This document shows, one piece after another, positions 42,085-55,176 of a DNA stretch of 64,000 nt (within the stretch, counting starts at the first letter, position 1; each line of letters opens with the position of its first letter). The notes beneath the pieces were generated by a model. The model ran no database searches, was not told the DNA's origin, and saw nothing but the letters and a program-made list of their open reading frames with translations. The position numbers and the translations under genes are program-made. This DNA is from Octopus vulgaris (Eukaryota): assembly GCA_951406725.2 (NCBI GenBank), contig OX597824.1, positions 62,930,001 through 62,994,000 on the forward strand, given 5' to 3'.

Positions 42085-43070
42085 TATGCACACACATATA
42101 TACACACATACTCACATACATTCATCGGACACACTGCCACCCAGACATACACACAGACACACTCACACATCCACACGCACACATACGTACGCGCACACTC
42201 GCAGGCTCGCGCACACACGCGTTTGCGCCGGTTCGCGCACGCATGCGCCCGCATGCACCTCGCCCTTGGATCCGACGAGACCTCCCGCCCGTTCCTGGGA
42301 TGTCGCGTGTCGTTGGGTTTTCCCACGCCCGTCTCCGCGGGACCACTCCTCCATCTTCCCCTCCGCTGGAGTCCTTTTCCTAAACCCCCCCCCCCTTTTT
42401 TTTCGTTACACACACGCGCACACATATACACACATTGCTTAAACATATACCTCACTCTTACACACATTCAATCTACTCGCCACTAATACTACCACGACAC
42501 TGGACACACACACACACTACCACTCAACACACGCTGGCACGCTACATACGCCCCCACCCCTTCCCCTCCCTCCCTTCCTCCTTCCTCCCTTTTCTCACTA
42601 CTGACCTTTGTCTGCTATGCTGCTGCTATGCTGACCACCGTCTCGCCCTACCTCACACGCCTACACACAGACGCACACACTAACACATACATATATTTTT
42701 TGTTTTTTTACCTCGCCTCACACACACACATACACACACGCACACGCACACACTCACACATACACACACATCTGTTGCGTTACCAACCTTGTCTCCACTC
42801 TTTTGCCTTTAAAAACCCACTTTGCTCTTGTTATCGTAAACATCCGCCTTTCACCATGTGCTTCTGCTAACACCAGCCGTTTTTTCTCTATCTCCGTTGC
42901 CCGCTCCGGGATCTTTCTTTCCTCTCTCTTCCTTCTTTATGTTTCCGACGAAGAGCTCCGCTCGAAACGTCATACCTCCCTGCTTCCATTTCCTGAGCGC
43001 CTATTAATAATAATACTGTAATTGTTCCCTTGTTGTTGTTTTTTTGTTTCCCGTTTGGATTTAAATTATA
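42085..43070 (+). mobile_element. CA/C-rich pLTR-like repeat ending in a minimal hammerhead relic
   Basis: 42941-42975 GTTT CCGACGA A GAGC TCC GCTC GAAA CG TC ATAC; ends at (TA)n. Confidence 0.55.
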
Positions 43071-43464
43071 TATATATATATATATATATATAAGATTCAG
43101 TTGAATTAGGTACTTAAATTGAGGCATCGTCTTAGGTCGGAATAGCATACATACACCACAATGTTATGTAAATATAGAACTTGGTATCTAAGTACCAGTC
43201 GAAAATATTCTTGCAGTATATGTAGACAATTAGACCAGCTGAGAGGGGATATCTGCTCTTAAGCTATTCAGACATGTACATTTTATTAGATATATTTACT
43301 GTCTTTTATTTAACTTATCCTAGTTATAGTTTTCTTTCGATAGTTGGCCATTTATAACTTATAATATGAAATAACTATTCTTAGGCTTAAATTATGACAC
43401 AATAATTTATTTAAGCTTAAATTGCCCAGTAATATATCCTCCCTATGTAATATTATAATATATA

Positions 43465-43630
43465 TATTTCGTCTGTCTTTACGTTGTGATTTCAAATTCC
43501 GTCGAGTTCGACTTCGCCTTTAATCTTTTCGGGGTCGATAAATTAAGTACCAGTTGAGTACAGGGTTCGATCTAATCGACTAGCAACCTCCCCAAAAATT
43601 TCGGGCCTAGTGCCTAGAGTAGAAAAGAAT
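43465..43630 (+). mobile_element. SINE fragment (31819 family)
   Basis: TTCAAATTCC..GCCTTTAATCTTTTCGGGGTCGATAAATTAAGTACCAG. Confidence 0.85.
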
Positions 43631-44832
43631 ATTATAATATATATCTACCCCTTTCCAAGTTAATATCTTTTATATATTGTTGATATAAAATTATATTTTT
43701 TAAATTTTTTATTGTTAATGGACTTAAATTTTTCGCACAAAAACTTGTTTTACTATACTTTTATCTACGGTTATTATTAACATCAAACTTTCCTACTTCC
43801 AACATATAACATCAAAAGTTCTTTATTCTTTTATTTTTAATGTGTGTAATATAAAAACTTTTTTTTTATATTTAGTATCATCTTATTTTTATTGTTTATT
43901 TTTATTTTTATTAGTACCGTTTTATATAATTCTGATATATTTTTATAATTATCATATATTTTTACCTTTTACATATACCTTATATTTTTACACCTTAATA
44001 TATTTTAAATAATAATTATTTATTTATTTTATATTTGATACTTAATATTTGTTATGTCTTATCGTTAGCCACCCTTAATAGGTGAGTATGTTAAAAAAAA
44101 TTTACTTTTTATTTTATGGATTTCATATATTTTCATTTTTAACTGATATTATTTATATACTCATATTTCTTTAAAATTTTAATTTCCTTAATACTTTTAT
44201 ATCTTAAAGCATCTCTTTTACTTGTAATGTTAAGTACCTTTTAATTATTTGCCTATATTTAATTTTCAATTTCCCTTGTAATTTTCCTTGCTATATTAGT
44301 TGTAGCAGATTCGTTTTATTCCCATGCAATGATTCCCAGTCATAGTTTAGAGATATCTTCCTTTATTAATATTATGGTAATTAGTAATGGTTGGTCAGCT
44401 TTCTTTCTTTTTTCTCCCTATCCTGCCTCCTCTATCCCTTACTATCTCTGCCTTAGAAATAAAGCTTATATGTTGGTCCCATCACAAACGACCAAGATAA
44501 TTTAGTAGGTTGACTTCACAATACCAAATTTTCTTACAACTGACCAATAGATTTTTACAACTCCTTAATAGATAAACCTAGACTAATGGAGCCGCGCCTT
44601 CCTCTCTTGTTAGAAGTAAAGTTAAGTAGTCACTGGAGTCAATTATTCCTTTCCCCTCCTAAAAAAGTCTACTAAACTTTATTTTTCTCTGTTATGATCA
44701 AATATATACTATTTTGGTAAATCCATTCGGTCAACTGAAGTAGTAGCAGAATCAGTGTAAATGATTGATTTTGCTCCGTGGATTTTAAACTATGTTAAAT
44801 AATTTCGAACGTCCATTATTTTGATGTTCATG

Positions 44833-44921
44833 AATCCATCTGACGAAAACGGTTTCTTTACAATGATGTAATGTTTTCATTAATAAATTAAAGAAGTCGT
44901 TAGAAATGGCCGTAATGGATT
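44833..44921 (+). ncRNA. Type I hammerhead motif, canonical core, long stem II
   Basis: AATCCAT CTGACGA A AACGGTTTCTTTA..TAAAGAAGTCGTT A GAAA T GGCC G TA ATGGATT; 7-bp stem I and 13-bp stem II. Confidence 0.75.
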
Positions 44922-44950
44922 GAAACCTGTACCTACCTCTACTGTTACTC

Positions 44951-44990
<40 letters not shown>

Positions 44991-44999
44991 GCTAAACAA

Positions 45000-45303
45000 G
45001 ACAATAAACGCTAAGCCAAGGCACACATTATTATTATTGGAAAGTCATATACATTATTATTATTGGAAAAATTCAAAGTCTTATAACTGTTTCTGGGATA
45101 TCTCAGATATTCCGTCATCGGAGGCGAATAGGGAAAATGAGAATGGCTAATCTAGACTCTTCTCATTTTCCCTATTTCTCTCCAATGACAGAATATCCCA
45201 TACACTGGGACATCCCAGAAACAACTGTAAGACTTTGAATTTCTTTCCAATAATAATAATGTATATAACTTGAAACATTTGCCTTGCCTTAACGGTTGTT
45301 GTC
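45000..45303. repeat. Inverted repeat with hammerhead relics in both arms (related to 16731-17358)
   Basis: 45078-45125 (-) GCCT CCGATGA..GAAAC AGTT ATA AGAC; 45178-45233 (+) CTCT CCAATGA..GAAAC AACT GTA AGAC. Confidence 0.8.
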
Positions 45304-45412
45304 CTCTTTAACATTTATATATCCGCCATATCGGAAATCTGCAATGGCTCCATAACTACCGTCTCGGCTATAACCTTGGAGCCCACGTAATCAGTTACAA
45401 CACCTGTTATGT

Positions 45413-45443
<31 letters not shown>

Positions 45444-46156
45444 GCATGTGCGGTGTGTGTGTAATTAGTCATACTTACAAGGGATCAAGGGATGTGGGGC
45501 CGAGTCCAGTGGGTAACATACTTTTCTATTCAGAGATTTTTAAACATATATTACACGCTGCTTTTATAGCTTTATTTATATGCTTCGAGATTCACTAATG
45601 TTTTCTTCCTCCATCATTCTCTACTTTCCTTTTTCTTCCCCTCCCTCCCCCAGCGTTTCTCTCCCTCTTTCTCTTTTTTCTCTCTCTCTCGTTGCTCACA
45701 CGTGACCATCGTCCATCTTTGTTTCCTTTACCTGACCATATTTCTTTTTCTGTACGGACTTTTTTCTCACTCTCTTCTATCTTTTCTCTTTTCAAAAAAG
45801 AGTTATTCCCAGCGTTCACTCTGTTTCTCTCCTACTAGCCTGACGACCCTCTCTGTTTGTTTTCTTTTGGTTTCCTTGTATGTCTCTATTGTCATCTCTT
45901 TATTCCCAGCTTCGATCCTACATAAATCCAAAATTTTATTTTAGAATTTATGGGAGCAACTATTTTTGAGAATATCATATTGTCGTTGAATGCTCGAAAT
46001 GAGGAGTAGATAGACAACCGACAACTGATGAAAGGTCCTTTCTCTGTGTTTACTTGTATTGTTTTCCACTTTTTCTCGTTACTTCCGTATTTAACACGTT
46101 TATTTACGTATTTCATGTTATTTGCATCGTTGGTGACGTCCAGTACCAATATATTC

Positions 46157-46191
<35 letters not shown>

Positions 46192-46195
<4 letters not shown>

Positions 46196-48085
46196 CTTAG
46201 ATAAACTTAGATATGTTTCGACCAAAAATTGTTCCAGGCCATGTCTAACTTAATAGCACCACCTGATAGGATTATTCGAATCCTGTTTAAGTCAAGTTTT
46301 GTTTATGGTCCATTCACGTAGTGAGTTCTTGTTGGGTAAGTTGTATCCAATTATGGATGGCTTATCTGGTATTCTTTGAAGGAATCTATCCAGACTCCGT
46401 TTAAAGTTGATGGGATCCTTTTCCTCTTTGATCTCCCTCGGGACAATGTTAAATAGGGCAGGGCCTGTTGATGAAAAGAAATTATGTTGCAGTGTACATG
46501 TATGCTGTGATCTTGAATTGGGCAGGGGACGTATGGCCCGTGGTCCCAGTCTTGGATGAGCCTTGAAGCTAATGTTAAGGTCGTTTGAGCAAAGTTGGCG
46601 GTATATTCTCCACATCGTACAAATGATATACCGCTCACGGCGACGCTGGAGAGAGTAAAGGTTCAAGGCTTTAAGGCGATCCCAATAATCGAGAGCAGCC
46701 ATGCCTTCAATTCGTTTAGTGAGTGCCCTCTGGTGTGACTCAATCCTGGAGATGTTTTGTCTTGTATGGGGAGACCACAGTGGGCGTACAAAGGAGGAGA
46801 AAAGTGGTATGATGACACGTTGTTCTCTGGACCGGAAAGTTCTTAAGATCCAGGAACTCATCCTACAAGCTATATCAACCTTCTTGTTGATGTGTGCACT
46901 CCAACTGAGATCGTCATCAACAATTACACCCAGGTCTCTGATATTGCTAGAGGCTGTGAGCAGTTCCCCTGAAGGAAGAGAGTATGGCTGTTTTAGTGAG
47001 GAATTTCTTCCAAAATGCATCAGCTCAAATTTTCCCTCGTTCAGTTGCATTTTGTTTCTGTCTGCCCATTGACTCACAGCATATAGATCAGACTGGAGTT
47101 GAGTTCGGTCTGCTTCTTCATTGACGATTTGCTGCAGCTTAGTGTCATCAGCAAATATTTTCACTTTGCCGTAATGTACGACACTGGAAAGGTCGTTTAT
47201 GTAAATTATGAAGAGTAGCGGACCCAAGACAGTCCCCTGGGGAACACCACTGGTGACTTTTGCTGGGCTTGAGTGGACTCCATCAACTACAACATGTTGT
47301 GTTCTATTCGCCAGGAAATACTTAATCCAGTGTAGAACTTTTCCACTGATTCCAGCATTTGCCAATTTTGAGAGTAGGATATTATGGTCTACTCTGTCGA
47401 ACGCTTTACTGAAGTCAAGATATATGACGTCAGAGTTCGAACCTGTTCACAAGGCTTTGAGTACATCTTCAATGTGGTGTAAGAGCTGTGTTAGACAGTC
47501 CCTGCCACAGCGAAAGCCATGCTGATTTGCATTTAGGAGTTTGTGGGTCTCCAGGAAGTCAGCTATCCTTGATCTTAACACTCTTTCAAACACTTTAATG
47601 ATGTGGGAGGTGAGTGAGATTGGGCGATAGTTGACTGCGAGGGATCTGTTTCCCTGTTTGAAAACCGGATGACCGACTGGGATAGAAACTGTTTCGGTAT
47701 ATAACCTGCATCTAAAGAATTTCTCCAGTGGCTGGTCAGAGGGACTGCAAGTTGGTGTCTACATTCCTTCAGGAGACTAGCGGGGAATCTATCAGGGCCT
47801 ACAGCAGAGTAGTATTTGACCTCATTTATTGCTGCTACGATGTTAGTGGCAGTGAAGGTTATGTCTGAGATTTTATGTTGGGAGTCAACTTCGTTCGCTT
47901 CTCTTACGTTAATATCAGTGGGAACACTAAAGACAGAGTAGTATTGTTTCTGCAGTATTTCTGCCATTTCTTTAGCATCGTGTTGGGGAATGCCGTTATC
48001 ATCAATCAATGACCCAATGGGTGAGACAGTGGTTCTATGCTTATTTGCATAAGAATAGAACACTTTTGGGTTCTGTTTGATTGAT
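46192..48085 (-). mobile_element. 5'-truncated CR1-clade LINE with a largely open RT ORF
   Basis: ORF 46292-47365 SGVPQGTVLGPLLFIIYINDL, FADDTK, RDLGV, LYSLQRRRER; upstream YLDFSKAFD, QHGFR, AVGPD; short ATCTAAGTT tail repeats. Confidence 0.95.
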
Positions 48086-48094
48086 ATATATATA

Positions 48095-48455
48095 CACAGG
48101 AGTTGGAAAAATAGTGGATACACCTTAAAATTTCAAACAAATTTATATTCATACGGGGTAGGAACGCCTTTGGCAGTAACTGCAGCTTGAATTCTACGAA
48201 GTATGGACTCGTACAAAGTTTGAGTTGCTTCCAAAGAAACTTTGTTTCAAAATGCACCATAAATGTTCAATAATACTGAGACCTGGGGATTGTGTTGGCC
48301 AGATAAGATGTTCAACCTCACTAGAACGTTCCTCATGCCATTCGGTAAGAACTTTCGCTGTGTGAATTGGTAATTATAACCCTGAGAAATTGCGTTTCCC
48401 TCCGGAGACAGTTCCTCAAACATAGAATGAATTCGATCAGATAAAATGCTTAAAT
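48095..48455 (-). mobile_element. Tc1-family transposon 3' fragment with TIR
   Basis: PIHTAK, WPTQSPGLSIIEHLW, LYESILRRIQA..AKG; TIR CAGGAGTTGGAAAAATAGTGGATACACC. Confidence 0.85.
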
Positions 48456-50759
48456 TCGTATTGAGGTGTTTCTCATATCAACGACTTTTTAAAAATATCT
48501 TCTTATTCAAAGCTCTATATAGCATCACAAAATGCTTCCTTTATCTGTAATGGCACGAATTAAAGAACAGTCAAGTGTATACTCCAGAAATGAAATAACA
48601 AATTTACTGTCGTGTAAATTCTAATATATGTATAACGAGTTGAATCAAGGCACTGAAAATAGCATTTGCCGCGACAATATAGAAAGGTCAAATATATGTT
48701 TATATATTTCAGGGAAATTTCAATAACTTATTCTTGTACATTACAAAGAAGCGATTTTATTTAATGTCATAGAATAAAAATGCCATCCTCTTCAACGCCA
48801 CAGCCTGAATCTTTGTGGGATTAGCGAAGTTTACTCTTTTTTTACGCACTGGGAATTAATATAGTGTTTGGTATTAATCACTTTCCTGTTCTTCCATCAT
48901 TTTCGAAAGTCATGCAGAAAGGTTAATACAATTAAACCATAAAATCTAAAGCAAACAGAAATAAAATCTAATGTCAACGTCTTCCATCAGGAGTGTTTTT
49001 AAAACAATTCTGCATTTCATAAAACCTTTTCAGTGTACACACTATTAACGGTACATTTCATTGCTTTGCAGAAGCAGTTGGAGATCAAGAAAAATTATAA
49101 CTTGTCACTGTCACATGAAAATGTCTTTAACTATGTTAGTTAACTAAAATTCAAGATGATATAATTATTCATCTGTACTGTGTATACGAAGGACTAACTA
49201 TTAATATTCCTGTGCTGAAATGTATATATCAGACATCAGTATCAAAGATCTCATTCCAATAAATTCAGGTACGTTATACTTTTATAGTGTCATTATGTTG
49301 CTAAGTTTAGAGGTCATGAGACGTGATCTGGAGATTCCTGAAAATAAAACTTTATCACAAAATTTACCGTTCATTCGAACTCTTCCAATAATCCTTAATT
49401 ATTAGTTCATTATTTCACATACTACCATAATTTTCTCCATGTTAATTGTATCATAAGAACTTCATTTCCTAATGGAAACAGGAAATATAAAGTGAAACAT
49501 TTATTTAATTGACTTGTGAATCTCAAACAGCTATGTCCAATTTGCAAATTGTTAAATCATATCTGAGAACATTAAGATATTTTGTGGGATTAATTCTTTG
49601 CAATATCATCTGTGGATTACCAAAAATATTAGAATTAAGGCTGGGTATGAGTTATGCAATATAACCTACACATATAGATCATAGAATTATTTCTACGTGC
49701 ATCAATTTTTCTAGCGTATATGATTTGTTTGTGCAAATCAGATAGTATCTAATTGATGTAACATCCGCTAGATATTGTCCTGTATACAAAATAAAGTTTA
49801 ATTTATAGTAAGTGCATTCAAATTGCTTTGACAAATGTTTTAACTTTTTATGTTGTTTCTTGATAATAATCTTCCAATAGAATTACATATTGATATAAAT
49901 TATTGATATATAAAGTAGCACGTTCACAAATAAAGTATGAAATAACGTACTTAACATTCATATATTTAATACTGCTTTTAAATTAATGATTCTTGACAAG
50001 AAAGGGACAATAATTCTTGCTGGTTTCCTTTTGTTTTAGTTTCATTTTGTTTTTTACTGTATAAAATTTCGTTCTTGCATAAGCATATAGTTTCAGTAAT
50101 ATTAGAAGGTAGGAAATTAATGGAACTTCAAGTAATACATAGTTTCATTGAGTGTTGACAGCACGCGAGAAATAGTTTCAGACTCGAAGCTAAACAGAGT
50201 TATTGGCATTGTTCGCTACTAATCTACCAGACGCGATTGTTTTATCTATAATATATCTTCAGCAGTTCATTTTAAGATAACTTGAAACTGTCGTCAGCTT
50301 TTAATAAAATGTACCAGAAGAACATGACACAAAAGGAAATATAATATAAAGATATACTAGGAGTATTAATAACAAAATCGTGTCAGTTATTTCTTCTACC
50401 TTTACCTCTCTTCACTTTTTTCTATATATAAAGATATATTTCCATTTATTTCTATGTATACATGTTCAGTGTAGTTCGGTGGACCCTGGAGGCAATAAGT
50501 AGAATCTATTTGTGGACTTTATGCCCCATAATTTTATCATCATAGATTCGGACATGATAATTTGAATAAAATATTCATATAATGAAATATTGCATTCGAT
50601 CACATTTTCAGGATTTCGTGCAGTGTAAGAATGTAGTCAAAGGTTAGTTGTACTTGTAAAATATATATATATATATATGTTTGTGTGTGTGTGTATGTAA
50701 GTATACGCACACAATACGTATATGTCTGTGTTTATATATGTACACATGTATACGCATAT

Positions 50760-50920
50760 ACGTGGCGTTGCGGTAACCAGCATGCTTCCCAATCACATGG
50801 GATTCAGGCTCAGTTCTACTGCGTAGCATTTTAGCCAAGTGCCTTCTACTGTAGCCTCGGGCCGACTAAGACCTTGCAAATGGATTTGGTTGGCCGAAAC
50901 TGAAAGAAGCCAGTCGTATA
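50760..50920 (+). mobile_element. SINE head (6418 family)
   Basis: GTGGCGTTGCGGTAA..GGCTCAGTTC..GCCTCGGGCCGACTAAGACCTTG..GAAAGAAGCC. Confidence 0.8.
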
Positions 50921-50972
50921 TAGACATATATGTGTCTGTGTGTGAGTGTGTGTGAATGCATGTATGTATGTA

Positions 50973-51048
<76 letters not shown>

Positions 51049-51735
51049 TATATATATATATATGCATAGCTCTATACGTAGATATAAATGCCAACACACA
51101 CATACACACACATACACATACACGACCACACATATGTATATATAAATATATAGCAGGATTAGTATAAGCATTATCAGAAGTGCACCAGAATCAAAAACAG
51201 GCATTGAAATAAATGTATACATGCACAAACACATGCATATTCATTTATACATATCTTTACGTTCTTAGTATTTCAATCTATTTAAACACATTGTACACGT
51301 GATTCAATGTTTTGTCTTCATGTTTGTGTACATCTTATTTTAATCTAACTATTGTATGTATATATTTATATATATATCGATAATCGAAAAAATGCATAAT
51401 TTCAAAAATACATAATTTCAAGCTATTCGATCTTATTGTGAATATACTTGTGTATTTGCTTACGTTACAGAGCAAGCATTACATTCCTACATCACTTTAC
51501 TGTGTATTACATTCTCAGCAACAATGAGGTTAATTTATATATACTTATTCAGACGGACTACTCTGTCTATGAAATCGATGTCAATGATTTATAAATCGTA
51601 AGTTCTTTAATAATTCAAACGCACACATGCAGGCTTAGACATACACATGCACCTGCTACACACATATGCAAATGTATATATATACAGATACATCACATAC
51701 ACTTATATATACGAGCACAGTTATAAATATATATG

Positions 51736-51825
<90 letters not shown>

Positions 51826-51940
51826 CAAGTTCGAAAAGGAACACACGAGTTAATATATACGGAAAAAAGTCAAGGTAGAAAATGCCAAGATAATTTTATA
51901 AAAAATTGTGGGTTCGAGGTTGTTGCGAATTCTTGGCAGA

Positions 51941-52121
51941 GAAGAAGAAGAAGAAGAAGAAGAAGAAGAAGAAGAAGAAGAAGAAGAAGAAGAAGAAGAA
52001 GAAGAAGAAGAAGAAGAAGAAGAAGAAGAAGAAGAAGAAGAAGAAGAAGAAGAAGAAGAAGAAGAAGAAGAAGAAGAAGAAGAAGAAGAAGAAGAAGAAG
52101 AAGAAGAAGAAGAAGAAGAAA
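51941..52121. repeat. (GAA)n microsatellite, about 60 units
   Basis: Read directly. Confidence 0.97.
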
Positions 52122-54530
52122 GTGATCCGGACATCCAAGTTCGCCAAGTATTTTCCACAGAAATGCCCTATTTACAATGCCAAGGCCTTCGTTAAATCAA
52201 TGAATGATTGAACAAGATCCATATTCTGCCGATAGCACTTCTGCATCTGTCTTGCTGTGAAAGTCATATCCATTTTCCCTTTACCACATCGGAAGCCACA
52301 TTGAGATTCAGAAAGGAAAACTTTTACGAGACAGTCATTCAGGCGGGAAAAAATATTTGCCAGTAGCTGATAGTAGAGAATAACGTCTGTAGTTACCACA
52401 CATTATTCTGGTTCCTTTTCTTTTATAGGGACGAAAAATAATTGCATCCTTCCAGTCCTTAGACTGGAAATCGATGTCAATGTTGCGAATTCTTGGCAGA
52501 GAAGATGAAGAAGAAGAAGAAGAAGAAGAAGAAGAAGAAGGAGGAGGACGATGAGGGGGGGGAGAAGAAGAATGTGGGAGTGCCATGATAGTAGTAGGAC
52601 TACTACATGATAGTAGTAGGACTCCAGACTGCAACAATAAGTTCATGAAGAGACTGTATGATGTAATCACCACCAAATCGCAAGATCTCAGCACAAATTC
52701 CATTCTTTCCAGGTGCCCTTCAAAGCTTGAATTTACTTCTTGATGTCATTACTTCACCTCTTGAGGGCGTGGAATATAAGCAGCCAATGATAGGTCTTTG
52801 CTACATAGTATCAATCGCTGTTTAATCCTCAATTGACTTATGGTTTAGGATTTCAGTGAAGTACTCGATCCAGTGAACTGTGATTTCTGTCGATAGAGTG
52901 GAAGACTCTTTCGAAAGTAAAGGAGCTGATATCGAGCTCTTAGGCCCATAAATTTGCTTCATAAGATGGTAAAACTTTTTCCTGTCATTTGCATCATCAA
53001 CAGCCTGACCATCGGCGCAAGATCCTTCAACCAAGTGATATGCATCTTCCTGAGAGATCGCTGCAGTAGTGATTTTACACTGCTATAGTGGGCAAGTGAT
53101 AGATGTCGCTGTACAGCAGACATTTCTGTGTAGCAATACATTGTAAGTATGGCGCTTTAAAGCCAATAGTCGCTTAACTTCAGCATCCTTTTCATCAAAC
53201 CAGTATCAGTGTCTGGTAGCAGCAAATTCCAGTGTTTCAGCAGCATATTGAAGAACCTGGTCTCGAAAAACCTCCCATGTGGCAGTATATGCAATGCTGG
53301 ACAAGCGAGTCTGAAGCTCTTTCCTCAACACAGCGTCATATATCTTGTGGACATTCAGACGCCGATTATTGCTGACTGGCCTTCTTCTCTCTTTCACTAT
53401 AATCATCCTCTGGAACTTTGCTCGCACAAGACTGTGGGCTGTCCACCATTACGATCCATGAAATGACTTGACATTACAAATGTCATAGATATCACGCTTG
53501 CGGATGACATGATCCAGCAAGTGGCAAACTTCAGACCTTGGATGCATCTACGTTGTTGTGTGATCACCTTTGTGCATAAAATGAGTGCTTGCGATGTAAA
53601 GTCCAGGTTAATCGCAAAGCTCCAGCAGCATGAGACCATTGCTATTCACATTCCCTACTCCAAAACGTCCTAGAGAGTTCCATCTTTGCCAGTCTCTTCC
53701 AACCCTGGCATTGAAATCCCCCAGTAGAATTGGGGATGTTCCTAAGTATGGCTCTCAGCTGGGTATAAAAAATAGTTTTCTCGAAGATGAAGACGTTGTT
53801 TTGATGAATGAATTTTAATCCTTCTGTGATCAAATCGGTCATCACAGCTAGTCAAAATAGGTGCATAGGAACTTAGAGCAGCAAACTGCCCACTTTGCAG
53901 GTGCAATCGTAGAGTCATTAGACGTTCATTTAGGGGAACAAGAAGCACCACCAACTTCTTAAGGATATGAGATCGAACTGCGAAACCAACATCAGCCTCT
54001 CTGCGTTTCCCCTTCCGCCTCCCCTTCCATAAAAAAGGTGTATCCACCTCCTACTTCCTCAAGCTGATCATCACCTTCTATACGAGTCTCTGAAAGTATA
54101 GCTATATCAATGTTATAACGGTTCAGCTCACGAGCAACAGGTGCAGTGCGTCTTTCAGGCCTAGAATCATTCTTGTTATCCAACAGAGTGTGCACATTCC
54201 AACATGAAATGTTTAAGTTCCATCCAGATTTTGTAAAAAGTCTTGTTGCTTTTCGAGCGCAGGTTGGACATCCGTCAGTTGCGCTAAACTGACCAGATAT
54301 AGAAAGACAGGCAATTTTTGGTTCACCTTTTCTAGAACCTCCCCGGCCTCAGGGTGAGCAGTGCCCTCTCCAAATGGAACTGTTCAGATATTCATGCAGC
54401 AACCGAATTCTACCGCTGTCTTGGGCGACAAGGAGACGACTTTATATCTAGTGTTGGTCGCTTACTTGCAGGTCGCTGACCACACGCATGCTTCACGAAA
54501 CTTACCATCGCTGCAGGACTTCCGAATAAA
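52122..54530 (-). mobile_element. RTE (BovB-like) LINE: 5' UTR, AP endonuclease and RT start; 3' half missing
   Basis: WNVHTLLD..RPERRTA..ELNRYNIDIAILSETR..GYTFF, VGFAV, ERLMTLRL, SYAP; DWKDA, CGNYR, ESQCGFR, FIDLTKA. Confidence 0.93.
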
Positions 54531-55176
54531 AAATAAAATAAAATATACGAAAAATACATAAATAGATACTAAAAATAAAGATAAATATATGCTAAAAAGG
54601 AAATAAATTTATATAGGAAAAAACACACTTAGTGCAGAAGTCAGCAATGCCTGTGAAGAGCTTTAGTTCGAATAAGGCTTGCACGACACGTCATAGATCC
54701 TCTCCGTTTTGTTGACATTATCTAGAAATAAGCCGGAGCAAGATGCCTGGTGCCAATATGAATCGCAGGCCCAGGGATGTAGAAGCGTCATGATCTCTAG
54801 CAGAAACCAAAGATCCCCAAAATGTCCAATGCCATCCCTGCATTTCTGGTTTTATATCAGAGTGACCTCTTAGAGACATACTTCAACAGAACCTGAGGGT
54901 GCCTCACTCCCAGTGATCTTTCAGCACACCGGACTACATCCCAGAATTTCTGCGTACTCGTGCTATTGCTAGATAGCCGTTCAGCCTGCACTAGGTTCAT
55001 CTGGACTATCAACAGGTCTTGTTTTTAATCCTGCTCGATTTCTAGCAAATCTCCTCACCAGGATAGCCTGGTGGGGATGCCAATTTAGTTGCCGGCAACC
55101 CGACCATGCAACAGGTTGTACTGGATTCCATGTTACTATTCGCACTCTGAGAGTCTCATAAGTGACCTTACATATA

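Noticed and set aside
43165-43216. Hammerhead-like relic (stem, GAAA ATAT TC)
   Set aside because: The core reads ATATAGA, too degraded to call.
50612-50642. 31-nt micro-exon (ttttcag|..AAG|gttagt)
   Set aside because: Splice-like motifs alone are common by chance; there is no gene context.
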